In this document: positions 22,101 to 32,820 of the stretch, piece after piece
How the letters are laid out: the number at the start of each line of letters is the position of its first letter
How positions within the stretch are numbered: the stretch's first letter is position 1
DNA from: Azolla caroliniana
Lineage: Eukaryota; Plantae; Polypodiophyta
Length of the DNA stretch: 64,000 nt
Reading direction: 5' to 3'
Assembly (NCBI GenBank): GCA_043228905.1
Contig: JBHGNT010000017.1
Coordinates: 10,540,001-10,604,000 of the forward strand
Position numbers and translations under genes: made by a program
Notes under the pieces: generated by a model
The model's database searches: none
Told to the model about the DNA's origin: nothing
Seen by the model: only the letters and a program-made list of their open reading frames with translations

Positions 22101-22555
22101 GGGAGGGAACCGAGCAGGAGTAGCGCTAGGACCTCATCGGCAAGAGGTACTTCCAATGACGTTGCCTGGTGAATCAGCCCCTGGAAGGCATTCATATGCT
22201 CCGCCATGCTGTGGCCATCTTGGTACCGGAGTCTTACAAGCTTCCGGAATACCGACGCCTGATTGACAGCATTTTTGTTTTGGAACATTGTGCCGATCTT
22301 CTCCCAGAGCTCATGAGCCTTACTCTCTTCATTGAAGTTGTTGTACAGGCTCATGTCGATGAAGCACCGTATGTACGCCGTTGTCTTCATGTGCATCACC
22401 TCCCATATCGCGGCGTCGATTTTGTCCGGTCTCTTGTCCCCGAACTGAACCGGCAGCCAGAGGTCTTTTACCACGAGCATGTCCCTCATCTTCGACTTCC
22501 ACACTGAATAGTTGGAGCCGGTGAGCTTGAACATGCCGCCAAACGATTCGTCCAT
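19175..22555 (-). pseudogene. gag-pol: Copia C gag-PR-INT-RT, frameshift near 20045, interrupted by E
   Basis: CFYCGKPGHFQKNC, WVVDSGAS, WHKRLCH, VHTD, ADNGGEY, NGLAER, QLDVKTAFLHG, LYVDD. Close relative of D. Confidence 0.95.
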
Positions 22556-22583
22556 TTTCTGTGTCGATCTCGCTCTGATACCA

Positions 22584-23172
22584 CGGCAGCCCACAAGCTG
22601 CAAACTGTCACTGTGCACAGGAGGTATACGTGGAAAACCCCAAAATAGGGGAAAAAATCACGGCAGCCCACAAGCTGCAAACTGTCACTATGCAGAAATA
22701 TACAACAGTGAGATCACTGAGGCAACGACCTCGTGCTCACAGATCTTCGCCACAGGCGGCGGTTACAACAGAGGCAACGACCTCGTCTCTCTCTCTCCCT
22801 CTCTCTCTCTCTGTACAGTTACGCGCTCTGATTTCTTCTTGCACCAACAAGGAAGAATAATAATCACACACATCATACTAAAGGTTTGCCCTAAGTCATA
22901 TTTATACTAATATGACTTTTCGGCTATTTACAAATGTAGCCTTGATGGGCTTCATCCGGCTCTCCGCAGTCGGGCCTACACCATCCGACTCTCCGCAGTC
23001 GGGTACTCCTCATCCGGCTTCCCGCAGTCGGGCCTACACCATCCGACTCTCCGCAGTCGGGTACTCCTCATCCGGTTCATACTGTTTCGGCTGAGGCCTG
23101 TCGGCCTCGGCCGAGTTGGTTCGTCGGCACTGTTCTTCTCCCTTCCCATCCGGAGGGACCTGTCTACCAACA
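22584..23172 (-). repeat. 5' LTR of Copia C (U5 end replaced by a 29-bp filler)
   Basis: 22613-23172 matches 8038-8648; 22584-22612 copies 22661-22689. Confidence 0.9.
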
Positions 23173-26103
23173 GGTTCCTCATCACTAAGGTTGACTGTTG
23201 CCGTCTTTCGTGCTTTTTCTTCCTGGAGCCGGGACCGCTCATAGCTTTCAAACTGGATTTGAGCCTCCAGCCGATCATCGTCTAGTTGAGCTACGAACTG
23301 TCGGACCTGCACCAATTGTTCATCCGCCAGGGCTGTGAAATCTTGCACCAGCTCATCCCTAATGGTGGTGAAGTCCTCCGAGGTTAGCATATAGCAGTCG
23401 TTGCCCTCCTTTCGCCGATTTTCAACGTCCGCCCTAAGCAATTGGAGTTCCGCGGTATTCTGCGCCCATTTTGCCCACCAACGCACAGAGCTGTCATCAA
23501 TCAAGCTTTTCGTTTTAGTGAGCCATGACCGGAGGATGCACTGGATCCGTTCGGCTCCCATCTGTGATTTATTTTCTGCGGCTTGTCTCTCTTCCTTCAA
23601 CTACTTGATGATCCGAACCGTGTCCGCCTCCTGCTCCCTATAATGCGACAATTGAGTTTGATAGGTTGTTTGCAACCTCTGTAGTACCATTGTCGCTCTT
23701 TCCTTGTCTTCATGGTTCTATTTGTGGAGCTCCATCCGGCCATTCGCCGCTTCCTCCAATAGCCTGAAACTTTCCGCTCGTTCTTCGGCGAGTGCCGTTG
23801 TGGCCTTATCAACCTCTTGCCAGAGCTCGGCCATCCGTTGCTGATGCTCCGTCTCCAGCTGCTTGTAGTCCCGATGCAGATGATCGAAATCATCAGTCTT
23901 CTACTTCAGCCTTTGGTTTATCTAACAGCGCACGCGGTCCTCCCGGTTCTTCTGTTGCCGGAACTCTTCCTTCAGCCGCTCAATTTCCATTTCCGCCATC
24001 CGTCGCAGCTTGTCTTTTTCCTGCAACACTTTCTCTTTTTCCTCCTTCAACCGGTCCTAAGCATGATGTCCTTTACGCAGGTTTTCCTCTGCCTGGCGAA
24101 GGTTCTCAACAGTCTTTCTTTAATTCTTCTTCGACCGCCTTCTTCAAGTCGCGTTCGCGGCTCCGTAATGCTTCTTGTGCAGCTAGCTCATCTCGTAATT
24201 CCGCAAGATCTTGGGCTTGCGCCGCCTCTTTCTCCGGGACCGTTTGTGTCTCCGGAGTCTTATTCTACTGTACATCAACCGGAGTCACCGGTGCTTGGAC
24301 CTGCGTTGCGGTTAAGGCCATTTTGGCCATATCTCCTGTGATCCGATCCAAGTTCCAGGCACCGGATCCTTGACCAGGCCCGTCTCCAGTTCATCGGTTG
24401 TGACGAGCAACCGTTCCGTTTGCGCTCTTTCCTCCGCCTCTATGCATCCGACTACTCCGGCAATTTGGTCTCCTATACCGGATCCTTGACCGGGCCCGTC
24501 TCCAGTTCATCGGTTGTGACGAGCAACCGTTCCGTTTGCGCTCTTTCCTCCGCCTCTATGCATCCGACTACTCCGGCAATTTGGTCTCCTATCCACTGGA
24601 GCCATTGGCTGCCGGTGCACTGTTGTTGCGCTTGCACGGAGAATTGGCTCATGGGTTCACTTGCCGGTGGCTGGTCCCGCCTTTCTGCGTTGAGCTGCAC
24701 TTCTGGTTCTGCCAGCTGACCACTTTGTCATTTCGGCTCTGAGTGTGTTTCGTCTGGTCATCTCTTGTCTGCTTGTTCTTCGCTGGCTGGGGCGGTTGGC
24801 CTTTGTATCTCCGGCTGTTGGGTGACGGGGCTTGCCGGTGCTGCCTATTGTGCCGGAACTTCTGTGACCGGTTCCATCCGAACCGGTTCCGGTGCCTCCC
24901 TTGGCGTGGGTTGCTCAGCGTGAGTTGTGGGTGCTCCATCCTTCTGTGGGTCCGAACGTTTCCTGACAGATTCTACGGTGCTCTTCATTGGCCGCCGCTG
25001 GAGGTGCTCCGTGGGTTCTTCCTCCATTTCTTCCGCCTAAGTCCCGGCATTCATTCTTGCCGCCAAGGTGTCCGTTTCCTATTGCGCCGGTCGGTGGAGT
25101 GGGCTCTTCAAGGCCCGTGCCGGTGTCTTCTCGTGCGTGTCCGTCGGTCGCTTCCGGCTGTCGCGCTCCTTTGCCGCCTTCTCTGCTTCGGCAGTCTTCC
25201 CCTTAGTGGCCTTGGAAGCCAACAGTTGTTGCCGTTTCGAAGCAAGTTTCGGGGTGCCGTCCGTTGTTCTTCCCCGCTTCTTGGTTTGGACGGGCTCGAC
25301 CGGTGGCACCAACAGGGTGAGCCATTGTGTCACTGCATGCCATATTTTCCGTCCTTCCTTGTCTTCCTTTCCCCTTACTATATCAATGGCCGTACAAAGC
25401 CCGTCGGCGATCAACACCGGCCAATCTTCTTTGACCCCTTCGTACGTTGCGATGATCAAGCCTGCTTGGTTCTGAGGCATGACGGGGGGTCGAGGGTACA
25501 CGTGGCCGAACTCGTGAAACACTCGGGCAATTTCTCGGAATAGCATATCTTCGCCGCCCTGTGTCCTATAGCCCTTGCTAGCTAGAGAGTACTCACCGAA
25601 ATATTTGATGAGTTGCTCGGGGGTAGGATTGTCGATTGTGTAGATACCGCCCTCCGGAAGGCCTATTAACGCACGGATCGCTTCCTCCGTGTCGATTTCT
25701 TTTATAATCTTCTCGGCCTCTTTGTGTGGCGCTGCCTCCATGATCGTTAAAAAACCCTCCAGACCGTGCTGCCGTAACCATTTCTTGGCGGCTTCAGACA
25801 ATGTTTGGCAGTCCATCTCTGCGTCGAGGTCGGAGAGCGTCGGAGAGGTTTGATGGTGGGGAGAATGTGAGAGAGAAAGTTCTGAGGGAGGGGGGGAGGG
25901 GGTTCTCTGTGCGCGAGCTCTCTGCGATGTATCTTCACCCGTCGCTCTGCGTCTGTTCTCCTTGGTTCGCGATAGGAGAAGGTCTCAATGCGTGGGGGTT
26001 TTTCTCTCTGCATCTTGGCGCCTTTTTCGAGCCTCCGCATGTGCAAGTCGTGTACTATAATAGCATTGCGTGCCATGTGGCGGTGGTTTAATGTCCTATT
26101 CAT
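23173..26103 (-). pseudogene. B extra ORF, frameshifted; C-terminus at ~7690-7924
   Basis: LSEAAKKWLRQHGLEGFL, SQWLQWIGDQ and VRWWAKWAQNTAELQLLRADVE match the E ORF. A ~116-bp tandem duplication lies at 24360-24593. Confidence 0.9.
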
Positions 26104-26253
26104 AGCTCCTCGTACCTTTTCGACGTGCCTCTTTACTCCCCATGTGCATGGCCATTTCCACCACTCCTTACCATGATTTATTTGATTCGCTCCTTTATTT
26201 TTATTTTTATTTTTTTATTTTTTATTTTATTTTTTAAGACCTTACTTGTGTGG

Positions 26254-29200
26254 TTAGTTGTTCACCGGTCCTGTCGGACCTTTGCCCGAAGCGTGCAACT
26301 CGCCGGCCTCTTGTTGGTTTGCCGGCTCATGCTCCTCCTTACTGGCTTGGTGGTAGTCGTCGTCTTCACCGGTTGCCTTTATGGTTGGCCTGCCGGCGTC
26401 TGATTCGGTGGCGGCCCTTCGTTCGAATGGGTTCTTAGGCATAGGTCCTTTGTATGGTTTTAATCTAAATTCGTTGACCCATTTGCCCAGCACTTCTCCG
26501 GCAAGTGTCCCCAACTGGTAGGACCTATTGAACTCGCGTGTGATCCAGTACAATTCGGTCCATCTAAACCGTAGTTTACCTGGCATTTTGCCCATCCGGG
26601 TCTGGAACACGAGTACCGGCTTGCCGGTCCGAACATTTTTTCGTTTCCCTTCCGGTGCCGATCTACAAATGCTTTCCGTCTCCGTTGTTCCAATTCCAGG
26701 TGCATAATGCTCGCCAATCGGTGTTCTTCCAGTTCGCACAGAGCCTTTAACCGAATTGCCTCCGATTCCTTTTCGTTCAATCGTTCCTTAATCTGAATCC
26801 GTGAGCTTGGTACCTGGAACTTGACCGGCATGACTACCTCCAATCCGAATGCTAACCGGAACGGTGTTGTCCGGATGCTTGTTTTGTACGATGTCCGGTA
26901 AGCCCAGAGCGCACTATGCAGCTTTGTGTCCCAATCTGTCCGATTTTCATTGATGATCTTCCGGAGGATATTTTGGAGCGTTTTGTTCGTCGACTCAGCT
27001 AACCCATTTGCTTGCGGATAGTACGGTGTGCTTCTTTTATGTACTACCGCATAGAACGTCGTCAAACTTTCTACCACTTGTCCAAGAAAGTGCCCTCCTT
27101 GGTCGCTTATCAGTTCTATGGGGCAACCATACCGGCACCAAATGTATTCGTATAAGAATTTCGCTGTTGACGTCGCGGTGTTGTCTCGTAGGGCTTTCTC
27201 TTCCACCCACTTAGTGCAGTAATCCATCGCGACGATCACGTACCGGTTGCCAGTTCTCATTGTTGGTGGTTTGAATGGCTCGACGAAATCCAGCCCCCAT
27301 TTCTGGAATGGTTCTAGTGGCAGGACTGGCTGGTGTGGCATCCGAGCTTGTTCCGTTGGCTGACCCATTCGTTGGCATAGATCACACTCCTTCGCATACC
27401 GGACTGCATCTTTCAATGTGGTTGGCCACCATAAGCCACTTTGCCATACTTTCCTTGCCATCGCATCTCCGGCATAATGGCCTCCGGTGACTCTGCAATG
27501 TGCCTCTCGTAGTATTATCTCCTTCTCGTCGCTGCGCATCGCTCGTCGCTAGATACCGTCCGCACCTTTGTGGTATAGTGTGTCCTGTAATAAACAGAAG
27601 TGCCGACTCTGTACCGCTAGGCATTTTCTCTCGTCCCAGTTCATCTCCTCCGGTGGCAATCCGGTACTCAGAAACTGGTGCATATTAGTTAGCCACTTAT
27701 CTTCTTGTGTCACCGTTCCATTTGTTGCCGTTTCCGTGGTGACTCGAAACAGCTCTGCATCCGGAAACTCGTCCGGTACTCCATCACCTGTCTCCCCAAA
27801 ATCTAATCGGCTTAGATAATCCGCTACCGCATGCTGTATGCCGGGTCGGTGGAATATCTCGAATTCGAACTCTTGCAGCAACAAAGTCCACCAGGCCAAT
27901 TTACCGGTAAGTGACGCTTTGGATACTAGGTAGAGGAGTGCTGAATGATCTACATGAAAGGAGAACTTTCTTCCCAATAAATAATGCCTGAATTTCGTTC
28001 CGCTTGGGATAGCTTCCGGCTGGCATAGTACATTGGTCGGTACCACCTTGGCTCGGTAAGCTGCATGAGCGTGCTGCCGATTGCGATATCGGAAGCGTCC
28101 ACGAACACATGAAACTCTTTACTCCAATCGGGAGGCTGCACTACCGGTGCTTGTGACAATAACAACTTTAGTGCCCGGTAGGCCTTGTCTTCGATGTCGG
28201 TCCACTGGAACGGTGTTCGATGTACTGCCGTATGCAGAGGTGTAGCCAGGTCTGCCAAATATCGGAGCATACGGCTATGCCAGCGGATTTGTCCTTGGAA
28301 ACGGCTCAATGCCTTTGCCGTTGCCGGGGCCGGTGCTTCCCGGATTGCTTTCACTTTGTCCGGATCTACGGCAATGCCTTCCTTACTTACTATATGCCCT
28401 AGTAGCGTTCCGCTGGCCACTCCAAATACACACTTCGCCGGATTCAGGCTTAGCCGGTACGCCCTACACTTCTCTAGACATAGTCTGAGATGCTGCAAAT
28501 GATCTTCTTCTCTACTATAGACGGCGAAGTCGTCAAGGAACACCTGCATAAAAGCCGGTATGTATTCGCCAAAGATCTCCATGATGATCTGTTGGAATGT
28601 TGTTGGTGCCGTTTTCAGCCCGAACATCATCACCACCGCAACAAACAGTCCCCATTCGGTGACGAAATCCGTTTTCTCTTGATCCTCAGGGTGCATCCGG
28701 ATCTGATTATACCCGCTGAATCCGTCTAAGAAACTATAGACTTCATGGCCGGCGACGGCATCCAAAACTCCATCCGTAAACGGAAGGGGAAATGCATCAG
28801 TTACCGTTGACGCATTGAGCTTCCGGTAGTCGACACAAACTCTAATTTTTCCATTCTTTTTCAGTACGACTACAATCGGGCTCAGCCATGTAGATTTCTT
28901 TACGGGCCGGATGAAGCCGAACCTTCGTAATTTGTCGATCTCCTCCTTGACTTTGGCGGCGTAGTTTGGGTTCATCCGGTACCGCCTCTGTGCCACCGGC
29001 TTGGCGTCTTTGCTCAGATGTATCTGGTGTTGATACAACTGACGATCCAAGCCTCTCATATCCTCGTACGACCAGGCAAAGACGTCACGAAACTCGTTGA
29101 GGAGTGTAATTATCGCCGTTTTGTTCTCTGCATTCATTTCTTTGGTGATGTGCACCGGTTTTGCCTCCTCCGCCGTTCCTAGATTTACCTCTTCTAACTA

Positions 29201-30690
29201 GGACGCTTTTACGCGCTGGGATACGGCCATCTCCCTTTCCAGTGCCTCCTGCGCATGCCGTAACTCCCGGATTGCTTCTTTGGTAATGCTCGTTGGAGGG
29301 CTCCCATTGTTAGCCAAGAGCTCATTTTCTCCATCTCTCGAACCCGGTCGATGACTTGGTCGACGGTGCTTGTCCAAAAGTCAATGACCGTGCATATTGT
29401 TCGTAGAGTTTCCCGGAGCGCGGCTAAAGATATAGCCCGCGTTTCTTCCTCCGGAGGTGCGCGGGTAAGCTGATTGCGCATCCGTTGAAACCGGATGAAA
29501 AACTGTGGGATGCTCTCGCCGGGGTCCTACCGAATTGTGTAAAATAAGCCCACAATTTCTCGTTGATCCACCTCCTTCTGGAGCTCCCATTGTTAGCCAA
29601 GAGCTCATTTTCTCCATCTCTCGAACCCGGTCGATGACTTGGTCGACGGTGCTTGTCCAAAAGTCAATGACCGTGCATATTGTTCGTAGAGTTTCCCGGA
29701 GCGCGGCTAAAAATATAGCCCGCGTTTCTTCCTCCGGAGGTGCGCGGGTAAGCTGATTGCGCATCCGTTGAAACCGGATGAAAAACTGTGGGATGCTCTC
29801 GCCGGGGTCCTACCGAATTGTGTAAAATAAGCCCACAATTTCTCGTTGATCCACCTCCTTCTGGAAGAAGTGCAAGAATTTGTCTTTCAGGTCCGCAAAG
29901 GTGGTGATGGTGCTGCGATCCTGTGTTTGTTGCCATCTGGCGGCCGGTCCTTCTAATGTCACGTCGAATTCGGCTATCTTAGATCGTTCCTCTTCTGCCG
30001 CGGTTAACCGTTGTGACACATGGTTTGCTTCCCATGTTTGTTCAAATGCGTGAACATGAGCCTCCGCGTCCAGGTCATCCCGATACTTGGAGTATTGGAA
30101 CGGCATATCGTCGTCTAGTGTCGGTATGCGGGCTGGCGGTGTCGGTGGTCTTTCCTGCTGTTCCGCCGGCGTCTGAGGTCTTTGCTAGTTTTCCTTTGGT
30201 GTTTCCGGCTCGACTTCCGGTGTTGGAGGTTTTTGCCGGTGTACTTCCGTCTCCGGAGGTTGCTCCACGATGAGTGCCGGAGGTTCTTGGTCTGCCAACT
30301 CTGGTTCCGGTGTCGGTAAAGTATCTGACTCCTCGTCCTCCGGTCCTCTTGGGGTGTCGTTACTGCTGCGATAGTTTGTATGCACGCTGTAACCCCCTTC
30401 CAAATCCGATTCTAGTGCTGAGAATGCTTCGGATTCGCCTTCTCTTCCGGCCAAGGCCTGGAGAAGGGTTTCCACTTCCCGGAGGCTGCTTAAGCTGCTT
30501 CCTTCGTCCGGGTAAGCGTTTTGTTGCAGACGGAGCGACTCCTCCGCCACTTTCTGGATCACTTTGGAAAATGATCGATCCATTCGGATTTCTTCCGTTG
30601 CTTGCTGAAAGCCTCTCGCCGCCGTCTCCGTTCAGCAAGTCTTCGTGCTCTCTCCGTAACCGGGTCGTCTGTTGGCCTAGTCATCCATTC
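26254..30690 (-). pseudogene. gag-pol: B gag-pol, with NC/PR deleted, a ~283-bp tandem duplication, stops and frameshifts
   Basis: Gag 29810-30583, RT 27950-29155 and INT 26460-27539 are all highly similar to E. Gag joins directly to the pre-RT linker near 29281. Confidence 0.92.
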
Positions 30691-30739
30691 CTGCCGTTGT
30701 TCACTGCGATAATGCAGGAATCGTGGTCGCCAAAAACTG

Positions 30740-31192
30740 TGTTATTGCTAGGGCCGGACAACAGCCTAACACAGGGTGTCCACTCAAGACATGTCACCAA
30801 AGGGTGGTACGGCAGAATGACTTAGGGCCCAACGCTTAATTAGACCTTAATTGATTACTTAGCAATCCATAATTAACACGAGTAAGATATGACAATAATT
30901 GCAAAACTATAATCAACACTTGAAGATTAAGACCATAAGCTTTATTAATTATCCGCTATTGATTACATTGTAACCGGGCCTTTATATAGGTCTCCGGTGC
31001 GAAATACAAAACGGTGCCAAACGACACCTTTACGGAATCGTTCCGGATCCGGATCGGCATACTGATTCCGGTCCGTCTGTCCACATCATAATATGTATAT
31101 ATTAAGACTACTAATTCCAACAGTTCCCGAATAACTATTCCTTTCACACTCTGGTTTGGACCTCCTTTAGCCTTCTTTGCCGGCAGGTAACA
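30740..31192 (-). repeat. 5' LTR of B
   Basis: Direct repeat of 7180-7632, adjacent to the PBS at 30721-30732. Confidence 0.95.
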
Positions 31193-31453
31193 GAAGCCAA
31201 AATGGATCAACCGGGAGAGACCGTACCGAAACAGCCAGCAGAAGTCGAACGAGAGCAACCGGAAGTAGAAAGAGCAAAGCTGAGAGTAGATGAAGCCGAA
31301 GAAGAGGCAACTACCGGAGCAGGAAGGCAGCATCCACAACAGCAAGAGCCAGAGCAGCAGCAGCAAGAGCAAGAGCGGCAAAGCGAGGAACCCCTCGAAC
31401 CTCTTGACCAGAGCATTTTGGTAATATTTGATGAAGAATAGTGGAGCTAACCC

Positions 31454-31493
31454 GTGGGTTCGACGTACAATGTACTATCCCACGGGCGTGCCA
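31454..31493 (+). promoter_or_regulatory. tRNA-Arg(UCU)-like 3'-end copy at the PPT position of A
   Basis: GTGGGTTCGA-CGTACAATGTACT-ATCCCACGGGCGTGCCA-TG|TGGTGACC. Confidence 0.7.
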
Positions 31494-31495
31494 TG

Positions 31496-31951
31496 TGGTG
31501 ACCAGTGGCGGCCAAGTATGGAAGGAGGAAGAGGCGAGCTAGTTCCTAGAAATATAATTAAATAACTAAGAAATATGTTAAGAACGGACAGATCCAGAAG
31601 AGGTATGTTGATCCGGATCCAAACCGATTCATAGCCTGTTGTCGGTTAGGCACCGTCTGTAGCACTAACCGGATGCTTATAAAAGGGATCTGGATATCAT
31701 TGTGTAAACGACGAAACATTAATATAAGAGTGTGTTATTATTGTCAATCTATTATCCTGATCTTTATTCCCTCCTGTGTTTAATGTATTGATCTTACGCG
31801 TGTAACACTGTGTGTTGTGAATCGGATCTCAACCAGACGTTAACCGGTTGAAGCATAATCAGAGTCGGAAATCCTTACCGCAACCACCCCTTTGGTGAAG
31901 TGATCTGGAAGGACACCCTGTGTTAGTGGCTAGTCCGGCCCAGGAGTAACA
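31496..31951 (+). repeat. 3' LTR of A
   Basis: TGGTGACC...GAGTAACA; matches 2669-3114. Confidence 0.9.
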
Positions 31952-32820
31952 GACGCATGGAAGAGTTACATCAAGAAATACATTGTCGTTCAGCAAACCG
32001 TTACTAACTAAGTTCCTCTCTTTTACATTTTTTCTTCTTTATATGTTTTGACATATGCTATTTCGGCTATTCATATTTTCCACTTCGGCTTCAGCTTTGT
32101 CCGGCTCTGCTCGTTTCAGTTTTTTGGTCACAACACTCCTTTTACACATCATTCGGCCTTTCGACCCTTTCACACTCTAAGTCTACCTCTTTGGGTGACA
32201 ACCATAATATAAAGTTGTTTTATAACATGCTAGGTATTTGTGGTATGTGTTGCAATAGAGTTTTAGAAAAATGTTATTGTGTGATGGTCTCCATGGAGTA
32301 CAATAGAAGCTTCATAGTTCTATTGTTGCTAAACATTGCAACACCTTCAGAGGGTTTACCTTGCCATTAGATCCTCACTGTTGTAGTAAGGATAGCTCAA
32401 GTTTTTTGTTTTATAATGCTATTGAAAGTGAGGGATGGAGGAAGGGAGAGAATCTACAAGCATCCATATAATAACAATTCACAACAAAGATTATGTTCAA
32501 ATGCCTTACATTGCAAAGAGTTCGACTGCAATTTGTAAAGCAAACCATATGCATAATCAAACGAGAATGGGCTTCAACATGTCAACCAAGCAATAACCAG
32601 TCATCACACATAATAAAGTGCCTGAATTGCAAAGAGAACTGCAATTTGTAAAGCACACAATAGGAATAGGTAAACGCCAACATGTCAACCAAGTGGAAAG
32701 AGAGGTTTAGAAATAAATAATATGCACAATGCTCACAAATGACAAACATTATATCCAACCATCATTTCTATGGATTAAACTTACAAGTTCTATAACAAAA
32801 TATCATATCCACATACCCCT

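Larger units (their letters stand above)
7925..23172 (-). mobile_element. Ty1/Copia Tnt1-like element C, host of E
   Basis: TGTTGG...CCAACA ends and perfect TSD GGTTC (7920-7924, 23173-23177). 3' LTR 7925-8648; PPT 8649-8660; iMet PBS 22572-22583; 5' LTR 22584-23172. Confidence 0.95.
7180..31192 (-). mobile_element. Ty3/Gypsy Athila-like element B, degenerate, host of C
   Basis: 453-bp LTRs at 7180-7632 and 30740-31192 (TG..CA). TSD GAAGT/GAAGC. PBS TGGCGACCACGA at 30721-30732. Confidence 0.93.
2669..31951 (+). mobile_element. Ty3/Gypsy Athila-like element A, degenerate, host of B
   Basis: Direct LTRs at 2669-3114 (3' end deleted) and 31496-31951. Gag remnant 3155-3651; extra-ORF remnants 5830-7179 and 31193-31441. 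Flanks GACAT/GACGC are a possible decayed TSD. Confidence 0.85.
2302..32200 (-). mobile_element. 5' LTR of Gypsy Z, split by element A (pieces ~2302-2547 and ~31952-32200)
   Basis: Starts TGTTTG next to the decayed PBS and carries the family U5 motif CCTTTGGTGAAG. It ends CTTTCACACTCT...GGTGACA, like LTR B. Confidence 0.55.

Noticed and set aside
31454-31493. tRNA gene or SINE at the GGTTCGA motifs
   Set aside because: Only T-arm and acceptor 3' sequence is present, with CCA encoded and no A box, D arm or anticodon arm. Its position is fixed next to an LTR.
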